DNA of 64,000 nt from Octopus vulgaris (lineage: Eukaryota): assembly GCA_951406725.2 (NCBI GenBank), contig OX597834.1, positions 34,658,001 through 34,722,000 on the forward strand. Reading direction: 5' to 3'. The position numbers and the translations under genes were made by a program. The notes under the pieces were generated by a model that saw only the letters and a program-made list of their open reading frames with translations, did no database searches and was not told the DNA's origin. This document shows, piece by piece, positions 24,501-38,252 of this stretch (positions are counted from its first letter, which is position 1; each line of letters begins with the position of its first letter).

Positions 24501-27500
24501 GGAGAAAAAATAGCACTTACAGCTGGAACTACACTGCACCAGTCATCTCCATTACTTGTAGTGGTAGGAGCAGCAGCATTAGTCTGTTCCACAGCAAGAG
24601 TAAGGGGTACAGTTGCAGCGCTAGTAGTAGTAGTAGTAGCAGAAGTAGTAGAAGTCTCCGCACTGTTCACACCATTAACCAACTTAGGTTTGCTTTCTTT
24701 ATTTTTAGTAGTAGTAGTAGTGTCGGGTTTACTAATATTAGTCGCCTGCAAAGAACAAAGCAATTGACAGAATCCTCTCGAGTCGGCATCATTAAAATAT
24801 TGACAAAAACGCACCAATTCTTGACAGCAAGACTGAACAAAGTGCTAAATATATATATGCAGGCTACTGGAAGTATGAGTGGACTAATGCCTTGGGAGTG
24901 GAATTTGGCAGATAGAAACTGTGTGGAAGATTGCACATGTATTATTGCATTCATTTAGTTCAATAAAATAAGAAATGTGGGAAATACGATAAACAAAAGC
25001 CCTTGGAGGCGGTTCTAGTATGGCCACAGTTCAATGATTCAAATTAGTAATATATACACATTTATTCATGAATTGTTCAGAACTTGATGATGATGATGAT
25101 ATATGTAAGCATCATGATCCAAGTCAGTTGTTATAGACAGGTAGGATAGAATGTATGATGGTCATCTATACCCTCTAACCAGGATTGCATGTGAAGGTTT
25201 CAGACCACCAGTCTTGAATAGCTAACTATACCACATGTACACACATTAGACTAAACATTTCTAAACATAAGGATGCACTGAACATTTTTAGGTTTCTGTA
25301 ACAGAAAGCAAAATAATATATTAATATAGAGATGACAAGATGAAACTAATGCAGTTTACTGTTAAGGTCGTCATCATAGTTTATCTCTAAAACATTAAAT
25401 CCAGCCATATCCATCCCAAATATTCTACTTGTTTTATGTTCAAGCTGACCAGAGCCAACCCATCACACCTATCTGACAATGTCATTCTAAAAATATACAA
25501 ACACACCATTGAAATCAAAGCTACAAGATAATGCGTGATTAATTTTTAAAAATGTGAATAAATAATCAATTCATTTGACAAAGGAATATGAAGGTTAAAG
25601 GGTTAATCCTTAATCCTTTAAACTGGCAGTAATCCAGCCCAAATATTCTACCTGTTCAGATCCAGCCTCTCACCAATGTATAAAAATCTTGTAGCTTTTA
25701 ATGCGAGAGAAAGCTATTCTCAATGCGAGAGAAAGCTATTCTCACCAAATAGACACACATACCCTTAATGTAGTTTTCAGGGAGATTCAGTGAGACACAG
25801 AATGTGACAAGGCCAGCCCTTTGAAATGTGAGGTGGTATCGAAAAGTTCCCAGACTAGTTATGTTTAATCAAAAATAACTTATCTAAATTTTAATATCAT
25901 CAGGAGTGGCTGTGTGGTAAGTAGCTTGCTAACCAACCACATGGTTCCGGGTTCAGTCCCACTGCGTGGCACCTTGGGCAAGTGTCTTCTGCTATAGCCC
26001 TGGGCTGACCAATGCCTTGTGAGTGGATTTGGTAGACGGAAACTGAAAGAAGCCCGTCGTATATATGTATATGTGTGTGCGTGTATGTTTGTGTGTCTGT
26101 GTTTGTCCCCCCCTAGCATTGCTTGACAACCGATGCTGGTGTGTTTACGTCTCCGTTACTTAGCGGTTCGGCAAAAGAGACCAATAGAATAAGTACTGGG
26201 CTTACAAAAGAATAAGTCCCGAGGTCGAGTTGCTCGATTAAAGGCAGTGCTCCAGCATGGCCGCAGTCAAATGACTGAAACAAGTAAAAGAGTATCTCCT
26301 TGCACAACAATACACCGGTCCCAGCATTCCTGCGATTTTTGGAATCCAGTCTGGAAGTCATTTTCCAAAAGCGAATCAAAGACCTTCTGCGATTCACTCT
26401 TGATCTTCACAACAGTGTTAAAACGGCAACCTTTGAGCTACATTTTCATTTTGGGTGAGAGATGGAAGTCAGCCGGTGCTAAATCTGGTGAATAGGGTGG
26501 GTGCAGAAGTGATACCATGTTTTTGGTGAGAAACTCACAGATGAGGAGAGCTCAAAGACAGGGTGCATTGTTGTCGTCAAGAATCCAATTCTTCTTCATG
26601 CTCCACAGACTCGGTTCCTTTTGCCAAATATCCTTCTTCAAACACTTCAAAACATCACAGTAGAACTCTCAATTGACAGTCTGACCCGGGGTGGGGGGGT
26701 GAATTCTTGATGTACAATACCAAGGATGTCAAAAAAAACAACAAGCATGCTCTGAATTGAGCTGCGGCTCTGCTGTGCATCCGTGCCACTCAAAACATTT
26801 CGTACAACTCATCACTGTAAGTTTGCCAAAGCATGGTCAATGTCTCTGTAGCAGACTTCCCAACTTAAATGCAAAATTTCATGTTGGCTCCTTTGTTCCA
26901 ATTTCCTATCCATGACAAAAATCGATGACTTACAACTTGCGAAATAAACTCAGCAATGTCACTTGGCACACTGCCCTGGGAAGGTCACTGCTAAGTCTCA
27001 TTGCACACACAACCGTGTACAACAGAGCTAGTCTGGGGAACTTTTGATACCATCCCGTACAGGTACAACTCATTTTTGCCAGATGTGTGGACTGGAGCAA
27101 CACGAAATAAAGTGTCTTGCTCAAGGACTCAACAAGCTGCCAGGAATCGAACTCACAACCTTACAATTGTGAGTTGAATACCCTAACCACTATACAGGAT
27201 AATCATAGCTGCAACACCTTTAATCATAACCATGAGGTACCAAAAAGGACTCCAATGTGTAACATCTCAGTCAAGTGCGTTTACCATATACTTAGTTGAT
27301 CTAAGCCCTGTAAATCCTAGCTACTTCAGGTCTTAAAAGACATGACGGTCACAGCAGGTAAACCTCTAATTATTGGGTAGCTTACAATGAAGGTAGGTTG
27401 GTCCACATTATTCCATAAAGAGCACAGGGTCAGTTTCCCCAGCATATATATATTCCTGTCTGGAGAGGATGCAAGTCTGTCACAGGATTATTCATTTTTG

Positions 27501-29795
27501 CCAGCTAAGTGGACTGGAACAACGTGAAATAAAGTATTTTGCTCAAGAACACAATGCATTGCCCAGTCCAGGAATTGAAACCATGATCACGAGTCGAACA
27601 CCCCCAAAGCCACTCTACTTACATTGAAGGTCTGACACTAAAAATAAAAACGAACTCTTACTTGAGATGTTGCTGAAGTTTCTGAATCTACTTCCATAGG
27701 GGATGCTGCTTCACTTTCAACAACCTCAGGAACGGCCGTCGCTGCCGTCACCTCTGGTGGAGTTGGTTTTGCAGATTCCTTATTCGCTGCAGAAGCAGAA
27801 TCTTTCCAAGCAATGTAGTGTTGAATGTCACTCTCAGTCTGCTGAGGGTTGAAACCGTTTAGCTGTAGTGTTGCCATGGTGATTAGGGACTGCTGCATCA
27901 TTACATTGATACCATTGGTCAAATGTTGCTGGAAAAAGAGAATGACCATGGGATGAATTAACTGCAACCTGGTCAAGTGGTCAAGATCACACATCAAACA
28001 ATATCTTACACTTTTCTTACCATATTTCTGTTGAAATAACGGTAAGCGGATGGGATGCCAAGTGCACTTCTGCCAAAGGAGAAGAAACCGATGCCAAGAA
28101 GCCGAATGGACAAGATGCCAAAAAGACATACGAAAATTATAATTTCATCTCGTTAAATCTTAAGTACCAAATTGGTTAATTGGTCATTAAACTATGAAGG
28201 TAGGAATGTTGTTTTTTTTTCATTATTATTGTGTCCGTTCAGCTTCTTGTCCTTCAGCATCCTGTCCACGCACAGAAATAACACTACCTTTGTTTCCGTT
28301 TTCAAAAGGATGAAGAATTTAGTAACATAACTTTTGTCATTATTAAATAGGGGTTTGGAACATATTTTAACAAGGTTGGTGGTGGGGTAAGAAGTTTGCT
28401 TCTCAATCACATGGTTTCTGGTTCAATCCCACTCTGTGCCTATAGAAGACTACAGCCCTGGGATGACCAGAGCCTTGTGAGTGGATTTGGTAGACAGAAA
28501 CTGAAAGAAGCCCACCATGTGTGTGTTACTATCTTCTTGCTTTGACATTGCATGATAATCGTAAGTGAATGTCTCAGTTATCATCCAAGCAGAGTCTTTC
28601 ATTTCCAACCTCACATGAAAAAACATAACTGGTCATGGGGGGGGAAATATCACCTTACTTGTAAACAGGTGGGAGTTGGTGACAGGAAGGGCATCCAGCC
28701 ATAGAAAAATGGATGTTAAAATGATGAAATATTTGATGGAAGATTTTAATTCAAAATACTTTAAAAACCTACAACCAGGGGTGGTCGTAAGCAGGTTGGC
28801 ATCAAAATGTATAAAGAAGTCCGTTTCTTCACAATGCATTTATTTAAATGAGTAATAAACAGTTAGATAAACTATTAACTTACCAATCGATCATGCACCA
28901 CTCGCTGGAAAGCCGGGTGACCATCGACAAGACAAAAGCGACCAAGAACAATAAGCTCAGAGAGGAAAGTTTTGAACCAGTTGTATAAACTTAGACCAAA
29001 CTCATTGTTATCTGAAAAAGAGACAAAAATAAACATTAGTTGGTGTTATGTACACAGAGAATATAGGTAGCAGAAAGACAAAATCAGTGCATTAAAACCA
29101 ATGAGTTAGCTATATTATAAAGAAAACATAACTAAACTGTTTAAGAGGTCTATGGAAAAAGATCAGATTTTTAACCCTTTAGCATTTAAACCAGTTATAT
29201 CTGGCCCAAATATCTACCGGTTTTATGTTTTAAACTGGCTAGATCTGGCCTTTCACATCTTACCCTACAATGTCATTCTAAGAATAAACAGGCAACTCAT
29301 CAAAATTTTGAAGCTATGAAATAATGTGTGATTGAGTCAAAACTGTGAATAAATGAGCATTACATTTGACAGCAAAATCTGAATGCTGAAGGGTTAAGAT
29401 GTATAATTTTTCTTGTTATTACATGTAGTCGACTTAACTACTCTTGGGTTTGAGTATAAAACACTGCATCCCGCTGCCAAGCCATGTTGAGCCAGGGTGG
29501 CAGAGTAGGCTTGTCAAACCAGTAAAATCTCAAGCCATTCTCTGGTGGAGAGAGAACATGCTAGCCTTCATCCAGCAGTGAACTGAACACAGGCAATCTA
29601 ATCCAATCCAATCCATACATATATTAATTACTTCCCTCGATATCACTCCTCACTGCATTGCCCTCTATCCATCTGCCACTCTCCTTTCACACTCTTACCC
29701 ATTAATCTACCCACTCACCCTGTCTAATTTTTTGTACCACTTATATTCATTTTTCTGTAACTTGAGTACAGCCCTGACACAGCCTCATCATCATC

Positions 29796-29835
<40 letters not shown>

Positions 29836-32800
29836 ATTAGACATTGAAATGTCTAATATATCAGCATTGAATTGGTGAGGCCAAAACAGCTGTGCCAAAA
29901 TGTCTCATATTTATAATTATCACACAAAATAAACAGCTCTATCAATTCCTTCTAGTCACAGTTTCATAAAATCAAAAAAAAAATTTATAAAAAAAGACAC
30001 TCACCTTCAGATTCTATAGTCAGTTTTATTATTTTAGTATATTGGTGTTTGAGGAAGTTGTCCAGTGTAGTCTCAGCATCAATGTTAGGTTGAACTTCAG
30101 ATATACTCTAGGATACACAGAAAATTAGAGGATATTAAAGTTAACATTTTGACAATATTAAACATAAATAACAGAATTAAACAACTGTTACTGATGTGAT
30201 ACAAGACATTTTTTTCTTTTTCAAAAAGTCTCAGGAGCCATATGCAGAGGTGGGCCTTAATTACATGCCTTAATGTACAAAAAACGTTTTCCCCTCAACT
30301 AAACACTACCCAAGTTGGGGTGCATTAAATATGCTCATGTGTCTTTCATAGCTTCAAGTATTTAAAATCTATCTCTGACCTTGAATTCAAGTGGCAAATT
30401 TCAAAAAGCTCTGCTCATAATTTTATCTGAGGGACACACAGAGAATATATTCCCAAAAATTCGACTAAATTCTTACAATTTCAATGACCTATCATTTAAT
30501 TAAACTACTCTTAATAAACTTAATCTATGCCAAAAATACAAGGAAAAAAATCTAAAGTGTTTCTCAGTATCATTGTGATGTATATTTACTGGGAAAGATG
30601 AAATTGCAAATTTTAAGGCAAATTCAACGAGAGGGAACATTAACCTTTTAACATTCAGATTCTGCTGTCGAATGTAAGGCTTATTTATTCAGACCATTTT
30701 GATTTTATCATACACTAAGTTGCATCTTTGATATTCCAATGATGTGATAGTTTACTTTTAGAATGACATTGTAGGGTAGGTGTAAGAGGCCTGATTTGGT
30801 CAGTTTGAACATAGAATAGGGAGAATATTTGAGCTGGATGTGGCCAGTTTTAATACTAAAAGAATAATCCCATTATAAACAAAATTTTTTACTTTCATTT
30901 TATTCAAGAAATTGTAGTTATAATTAAAATAAAGGCAGTCTTAGAAAGACTAGCTAAATTGAATTCTTTCTCTTTTTCATTAAGTATATAGCTTTTTTGT
31001 GTTTTTAAATAGAATTTGATACAAAAGAAAATCTTAAATTTTGGGATAAAAATATTTAGTCAGCAATAATGAAAGAAAATAGAAAATGTACAAAAACAAC
31101 TTACAACTATAGCTTTAATTTCTGCTCTCATTTCAGTTAATAATTGTAATACAGCATTCTGAATATTGGCTTCTGTAGGTTCAGCATCATTAAGAATTTG
31201 ATGAAGAAAGAGTTCTTTAAGAGGTGTTCGCAATCTATTGAGAGGCTCAGAGTTACCCAGCAAAACGGTCATAAGATCAGAAATAGTCAAGTGACGTGAT
31301 ATACATTGAAAGATGTCGTTGGTGAGTCCTAACAATAAAAAAAAAAAAAAAGAGAAAAAAAAAACAGATGTGAGATTTTATGTACATATGTGTATGCACA
31401 CACACATGCACACAGATGTATACATTTTTAAAGGAGTTGGCAATTTCAAACAAAAAAATTTTTTAAAGTTCACTTTTGGAATGTTTTGACATAAAACTAC
31501 TAAATTTCATTAGCTGTGTCCATAATTAAAATTTAATTATGTACACAACTTACAAAATCTGGAAATTTGTATGTGAAATGAAATCACCATTATGTTCTCC
31601 TGGAGACCTTTATTCAGAAACCTTTATGGCACTATTATTAGTTTGAATGGAAAAAATGATCAGTCTGAGAGAGTGGATATTTTTAAAGATAGTTTTTAAA
31701 CGCTCCCAAAGTTGGAGGTATAATATATTTCCAGTTTTATAGCCGCATTTTGTTACCGTTTGTGTAACACTATTTTTATGTTTCCTATTTGGAAATAGAT
31801 AATAAATATATTTTACTTTTGAAGTAGAAATATATATTGATAAACCCGGTCACTTGTAACTTACTTATAAGTGTTAACATTACACAGTCTCAGGTTAATT
31901 AGACTGTGCTCCACACCATTTTTGAATAAAATACAAATAAATGACTCACCTTCAAAGTGCTCTATATCCATTTCTTCGCCAATGGTACTAAAGAAATCCC
32001 AAATTGTGCCCACATTTTGCTGGCCGGTTGCAGCTTGCATCAAGTTATTGATAATGCCCTGGATTAACTGAATGATAGCTTCATCTGGTATCACTTGAGT
32101 GCCACTTGTAGCCTGGCTTGTCGTCCCAGATGATGTTGAACTGGACTGGCTCGGGGTTGAAGTAGCATTATTAGAACTGGTACTGGCAGTTGCAGTACTT
32201 CTTGTACTTGTAGTTGTTGTAGTGTTAGTTGCACTAGCAGCGTTGCCGCTGTTGTTTACTGTTGAAGTCTGTAAGCCACCAGATGCAGTACTTCTCTGCA
32301 GGTGAAACGTAAAATATAAATCTTTCAAAAGAAATCTTAACAAATTAACAATAGTTACAACACAGCTGCTTTCTTCAGATTCTTCTATGAATTTCCAAAT
32401 TACAAATCTTAAAAAAAAACCCCAAACATCTGAGCAGTTATTTGTAACTGAAACCTTGTTTATATATCTTATACATTAACGGCCACGTGTACCACTGGTA
32501 GTTCAGCGCAAACTTCACACAAACTGCCATATGTCCTACCAGTGGTACACTTTCATAATTTGCGAAAATATTTTAAATTGTATCTTCGACATTTAATAGC
32601 CATCTTCCTTGCTGGTAAGTCAAAGGATTGCACCAATCTCCACTATTGTGACATAGTTTCCGTGGCTGAATACCCTTCTTAACACCAACCACCCTGTGGA
32701 ATGGACTTTTTACATAGCACCAGCACCAACAAGATCTGTTTGGCATACAATGCCTAATTTGAAAAGATGGAGTGATAGGTACTCTGTAATGTAATCAACA

Positions 32801-33428
32801 ATCTTATTGTCCAACACACAACTGATACAAAAGTTACAATTCCATCAAGTAGCTTCATACTTCATCTCAGTTTAGTGCTTATCTAACTTATGTTTTTAGT
32901 TAAGCTTAGATCTCGTGGAAATTATAAAAGTATTTTTGTTCTTCACTTAAAAGAAAAACAAAATGCTACAGTAATCAAAACAAATACGGATTTCATTCAT
33001 AAACATATGGTCTTTATATTCATAAAATGAAGGATTTAGCCATGAAACAAAAGTTAAATTGAAGAAGCAGTTGGATGGTTGTTATACAAGGATGCTTAGA
33101 ATGGCACTCAATGTCTCCTGGAAGAGTCATACAACAAACATGACTTATACCAGGGACTACCAAAAGTAACATTGAAGATACAGCATAGAAAGATGAGGCT
33201 AGCTGGACATTTGAATCGGACATACTGATGAAACTGCTAACAAGCTTAGTGCTCTGTCAACCAACAGAAGGAAGAACCAGGAGAGGAAGGAGGAAGACGA
33301 CCTATATTGGCAACTTGCTGGAGGATACTGGTATGGAAAGGGTACAGGAGCTGAGGGCCATTATGGAAGATCAAGATGAATGGGGAAAATGAGTGGAAAC
33401 AGTCTTGGGGTGTCCTGTGGGACGACCT

Positions 33429-33462
<34 letters not shown>

Positions 33463-34809
33463 TATACACTCTCAAAGTGGTTGGCATTAGGAAGGGCATC
33501 CACCTGTAGAAACCATGCCAGATCAGATTGGAAGCCTGGTACAGCCTTCTGGCTTGCCAGTCCCATCAAACCATCCAATCCACGCCAGCATGGAAAGCCG
33601 ACATTAAATGACAATGATGATGATATATACACACACACACACACACATATTTATGTGTGTCTTTGTGTCTGTTTGTCCCCCACTACACTGCTTAGCAGAT
33701 CAGCAAAAGAAGCCAATAGTATAAGTATCAGGCTTAAAAAAGGTGTTGGGACCAATTTGTTTGGCTAAAAATTCTTCAGGGCGGAGTCCCAGCATGGCCA
33801 GAGTCTAATGACTGCAACAAGTAAGAGATTAAAGAAAACCAATGTTGTGTCTTTAGATATTATCCAAAGGCTCATCACAATGACTCAAGTTTTAATCTTA
33901 TAATCCTGTGTTCATTCAATAATCCAGCATCTTAACATCACAGCAACTTTGTGAAAGACATTTCTGAGATACCCGAAAAATAAACTTACAGCTGATCCTT
34001 GAAAGAAGTTCCTTAGAGCCTGTACAAAAGTTGTTGGTTCCAAAGGAGCTTCAGTGCTACTGATGGTGGTAGTGGTTGTAGTACTGGTTGGTTGGGAGCG
34101 AGCCAGGTTACGAGAGACCATGGCAAACACTGGACTTGCCATACCTCCAATGGCCTGGGAGATTTGGGAAATTGATACTGGTGCTGCGACAGTACGCTGG
34201 TTAGCAGCATTTCCACCTTGTGTTTGTGTATCTACAACAGAGAAGGGAGTAAGGACACATCAATACTGGGATGCAGAGTTTAGTATCAAGAAAGGTTTGC
34301 TAACACAGTTCATACATGTGACCCTACAAACGGTTAAAAAGTTTAATTCTAAAAATAAAAGTTAAAAATACAGTTTATGTCAAAGTTAAAACAAATTATT
34401 CTTTCAGAAAACTGAAATGCTTTGTAGTGAATTCTATACAATTCTTTTTAAATGACCATTTATTTAAATCTAATAAAACAGCAACTAAAGTACAATAATT
34501 ATTTAGGCCACAACTTTGCAAGTGAGATATAATTGCTTATATCAAGCCGATATATTGCTTTTATATAAAATTCAGCTCCAGTTAAGTAAAGTTGGTTTTA
34601 GTGGGATTCACAATCAGAACATACAAAGATGTAACCTAAAATGCTGCCATTGGGTCAATTTAGGGAGCAGACTGACAGAATTGTTAAAAATAAAGTGCCA
34701 AGTCCAAGGCTGTGAAACTGCAGAAATAATACTGGAGTGAAATATGAAAAGATATCTTGCTGTATCTATTTTGAGTTCATCATCATCATTTAACATTTAC
34801 ATTTCCAAG

Positions 34810-34850
<41 letters not shown>

Positions 34851-37800
34851 CATACACACACAACTACATACACACCAACATACATGCATGATAGGCTTCT
34901 TCCAGCTTCTTTCTACCAAATCCACTAATCTTTTGATTGGCCCAGAACTTTAGCAGAAAATACCTGCCCTCTTTGCGTTCTGATTGTTTGTTCCTGGGTA
35001 CTTTTAACAGAGTTCTCTCAGTTAAAAGAATTCAAAGCAGGTCCTCGGTTTAGGGATAACTTTCATCAACTAGTCTTGGAGACCCTAAAAATAGGCATCT
35101 GCCGTCCGTTCCTGATTAAATAAACTTTACATTATTATTATTACTATTACAATGCAATAAAGATAGCTCTTACTCTCACTTGATGTGTTAGTGTTGTTAG
35201 CACTTGAAGAGTCATTTGTTCCAAGTAGACCAGCCATAACAGCAGCCACCACATCACCAAGAGCTGTGTCAGTTCCCTGGGAGAGGAGATAAATCAATAA
35301 GTAAACATGTGAGACAAGCAGGAAGGAGAACAAAGGAAGAACACAAGACATGATGATCGTAGAAGAAAAAGAAACTGCAAGATGTAATGGTCAAAGAAAG
35401 AAAGGAAGACTTACAAGATATCAAGATCACAAAAGGAAGAACAAGAGACATAATGATCAAAGGAAGAAAGGATGCAAGATGTAATGATCAAAGGAAGGAT
35501 ACAAGATGTAAGGATCAAAGAAGGAAGGAGACAAGATGTAATGATCAAAGGAAGGATACAAGATGTAATGATCAAAGAAAGAAGGAGACAAGATGTAATG
35601 ATCAAAGGAAGAAAGGATGCAAGATGTAATGATCAAAGAAGGAAGGATACAAGATGTAATGATCAAAGGAAGAAAGGATGCAAGATGTAATGATCAAAGA
35701 AGGAAGGAGACAAGACGTAATGACCAAAGGAAGGAAGGATACAAGATGTAATGATCAAAGGAAGAATACAAAATGTAATGATCAAATGAAGGAAGGAGAT
35801 AAGATGTAATGATCAAAGAAGGAAGGATACAAGATGTAATGATCAAAGAAGGAAGGATACAAGATGCAATGATCAAAGAAGGAAGGAGACAAGATGTAAT
35901 GATCAAAGGAAGGATACAAAATGTAATGATTAAAGAAGGAAGGATACAAGATGTAATGATCAAAGAAGGAAGGAGACAAGATGTAATGATCAAAGGAAGG
36001 AAGGATACAAGATGTAATGATCAAAGGAAGAATACAAAATGTAATGATCAAAGGAAGGAAGGAGACAAGATGTAATGATCAAAGGAAGAATACAAAATGT
36101 AATGATCAAAGGAAGGAAGGAGACAAGATGTAATGATCAAAAAAGGAAGGAGACAAGATGTAATGATCAAAGGAAGAAAAGATACAAGATGTAATGATCA
36201 AAGAAGGAAGGAGACAAGATGTAATGATCAAAGGAAGAAAAGATACAAGATGTAATGATCAAAGAAGGAAGGAGACAAGATGTAATGATGAAGGAAGGAA
36301 GGAAGGAAGGATGAACACAAGACAATGATCAAAGGAAGAAAGGACACAAGATGTAATGAGCAAAGAACAAAAGACATAAAACAGAATGATCATAGAAGGA
36401 AGACTACAAGATGTAATATCAATAACTAAAACTGTGAAACAAAAGATTAAAGCTGAAGGACAAAGTGTGGTTTCTCACCTGGTTCGATGACTGTTGAGAT
36501 GCTGCAGCAGCAACGTTTGCTGCAGCTGCAGCGACAACGTTAGCAGTAGTTGCATCATTCTGAGCCTGAGAGGAGAGGAAATGTCTGGATACGCAGGGAA
36601 GGTACGGATCGATGGTACGGGCAGGATGCTGTCCACCTAGGAGGCCTTGAATGTTGGGTACGCTTCCAGGTAAGACCACAGTGGGCCGACCAACACCAGC
36701 ACCAATGTTGCTGCTACTACTACTACTACTGCTGCTGCTGCTACTACTAGAAGAGGAGGAAGAGGTGGAGGTTGTGGATGTTGTACCACCAGTGCTAACT
36801 ATTCCAGGTGTTCCACTAAGATTGATGCTGCTAGTAACAGTGTTGCCACCAGGTGGACAGTTGCTACTGCTGGTATTAGTACTACTACTGCTACCAGCAG
36901 TAGTAGTAGTATTATTAGACATGGAACTAGCAGTTGTAGTAGATGTTGAAAGGTTGGGTCCAATGTTAACCTGGAAAGTTCTCTCTGGAAAAAACGAAAA
37001 AAGTTAAAATGACAATTAGTATTATTAAAATTAAAATAAAATGAATTAAAAACAAGTAAAAAAAAAAAAAGTAATTTCTTTTTTTAAATTTTAAACACAT
37101 CATCATCATCATCATTTAACGTCCGTCTTCCATGCTAGCATGGGTTGGACGGTTTTGACTGAGAGCTGGCAACCAGATGGCTGCACCAGGTTCGTCTTGA
37201 TCTGGCAGAGTTTCTACAGCTGGATACCCTTCCTAATGCCAACCACTCCGAGAGTGTAGTGGGTGCTTTTTACGTGCCACTATTGTTTGTTTATTAACAG
37301 CAGAACTCAAAGTAGATAAAGTTATAAGCAAAAGAGTGTAAATCACCATGATCATCATCATCACCATTTAACGTCCATCTTCCATGCTGGTTTGAGCCAG
37401 ACAGTTTGACAGTTGAGCAAACCAAAGAGTTGCACCAGGTGCCAATCATCTGTTTTGGCATGGTCTCTACAGATGAATGCCCTTCCTAATGCCAACCACT
37501 TTACAGAGTGTACAGGGTACTTTTTTGAAATGGCACCAGCAGCAGTAAGTTTGCTAAGTAACTTGCAAGATGAAGACCTCTCAGCTGAGAGAGTGTGGAA
37601 CTGAAGGGGCTAGTTTTGTGCTAGTTGAGAGGTTTATATACACATATAAAGTCAGAAATGATAGAGAAATAGATTGATGGAACTTTATTTAACAGTAAGA
37701 AAATTCTAATTTCACAACAAATTGTTTCGTAACTTAAAAACATGTAAATAATTTATATTATTACATTTAATCATCAGTGATATTTGCCCATGGTCTGACA

Positions 37801-38205
37801 TGTCTTTATATGATGTCAAGACAAAGACACACACAATATATATATATCATCATTGTCATAGTTTAACATCCATTTTCCATGCTGACAAAGGTTGGACAGT
37901 TTGACTGAGAACTGGCCAGCTGGGAGACTGCACCAGGATCCAATCTGATTTGACAAGGTTTCTACAGCAGGATGCCCTTCCTAACGCCAACCACTCTGAG
38001 AGTGTAGTGGGTGCTTTTACATGCCACTAGCACAGGAGCCAGTCAGGCGGCACTAGCACCAGCCACGCTCAAATGATGCATTTTACGTGCCGGGTGCATG
38101 GCAATTAACTATATATATAACATTAAACTGAAGAATTATAAGACTAATAAAGGTAAGCAGGTTAAAACTCTGAAGTCACTGTCACTCCTTTTCTTTAACA
38201 AGCTC

Positions 38206-38252
<47 letters not shown>

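Noticed and set aside
25700-25743. Exact 22-bp tandem duplication (AATGCGAGAGAAAGCTATTCTC x2)
   Set aside because: Ordinary slippage duplication at a junction between repeats.
25901-25975. tRNA gene-like A/B boxes here and at many other sites
   Set aside because: They are SINE heads continuing into shared SINE bodies, and no full cloverleaf is evident.
27929-28129. 5' extension of ORF 27638-28129 and three GATGCCAA repeats
   Set aside because: A good acceptor at 27929-27930 already gives the correct phase, the extension has no BAG6-like sequence, and the short repeats are unremarkable.
35335-36418. CRISPR-like array, or repeat-protein ORFs ([17 protein letters not shown])
   Set aside because: The intervals between the constant cores are near-identical purine runs, not unique spacers. 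There are no cas genes and the context is a eukaryotic intron. The ORFs are by-products of the repeat.
36550-37007. Plus-strand poly-Leu/Val and poly-Cys/Tyr ORFs (also 24561-24767, 32099-32305 and 34054-34365)
   Set aside because: Antisense shadows of Ser/Thr-rich BAG6 exons.
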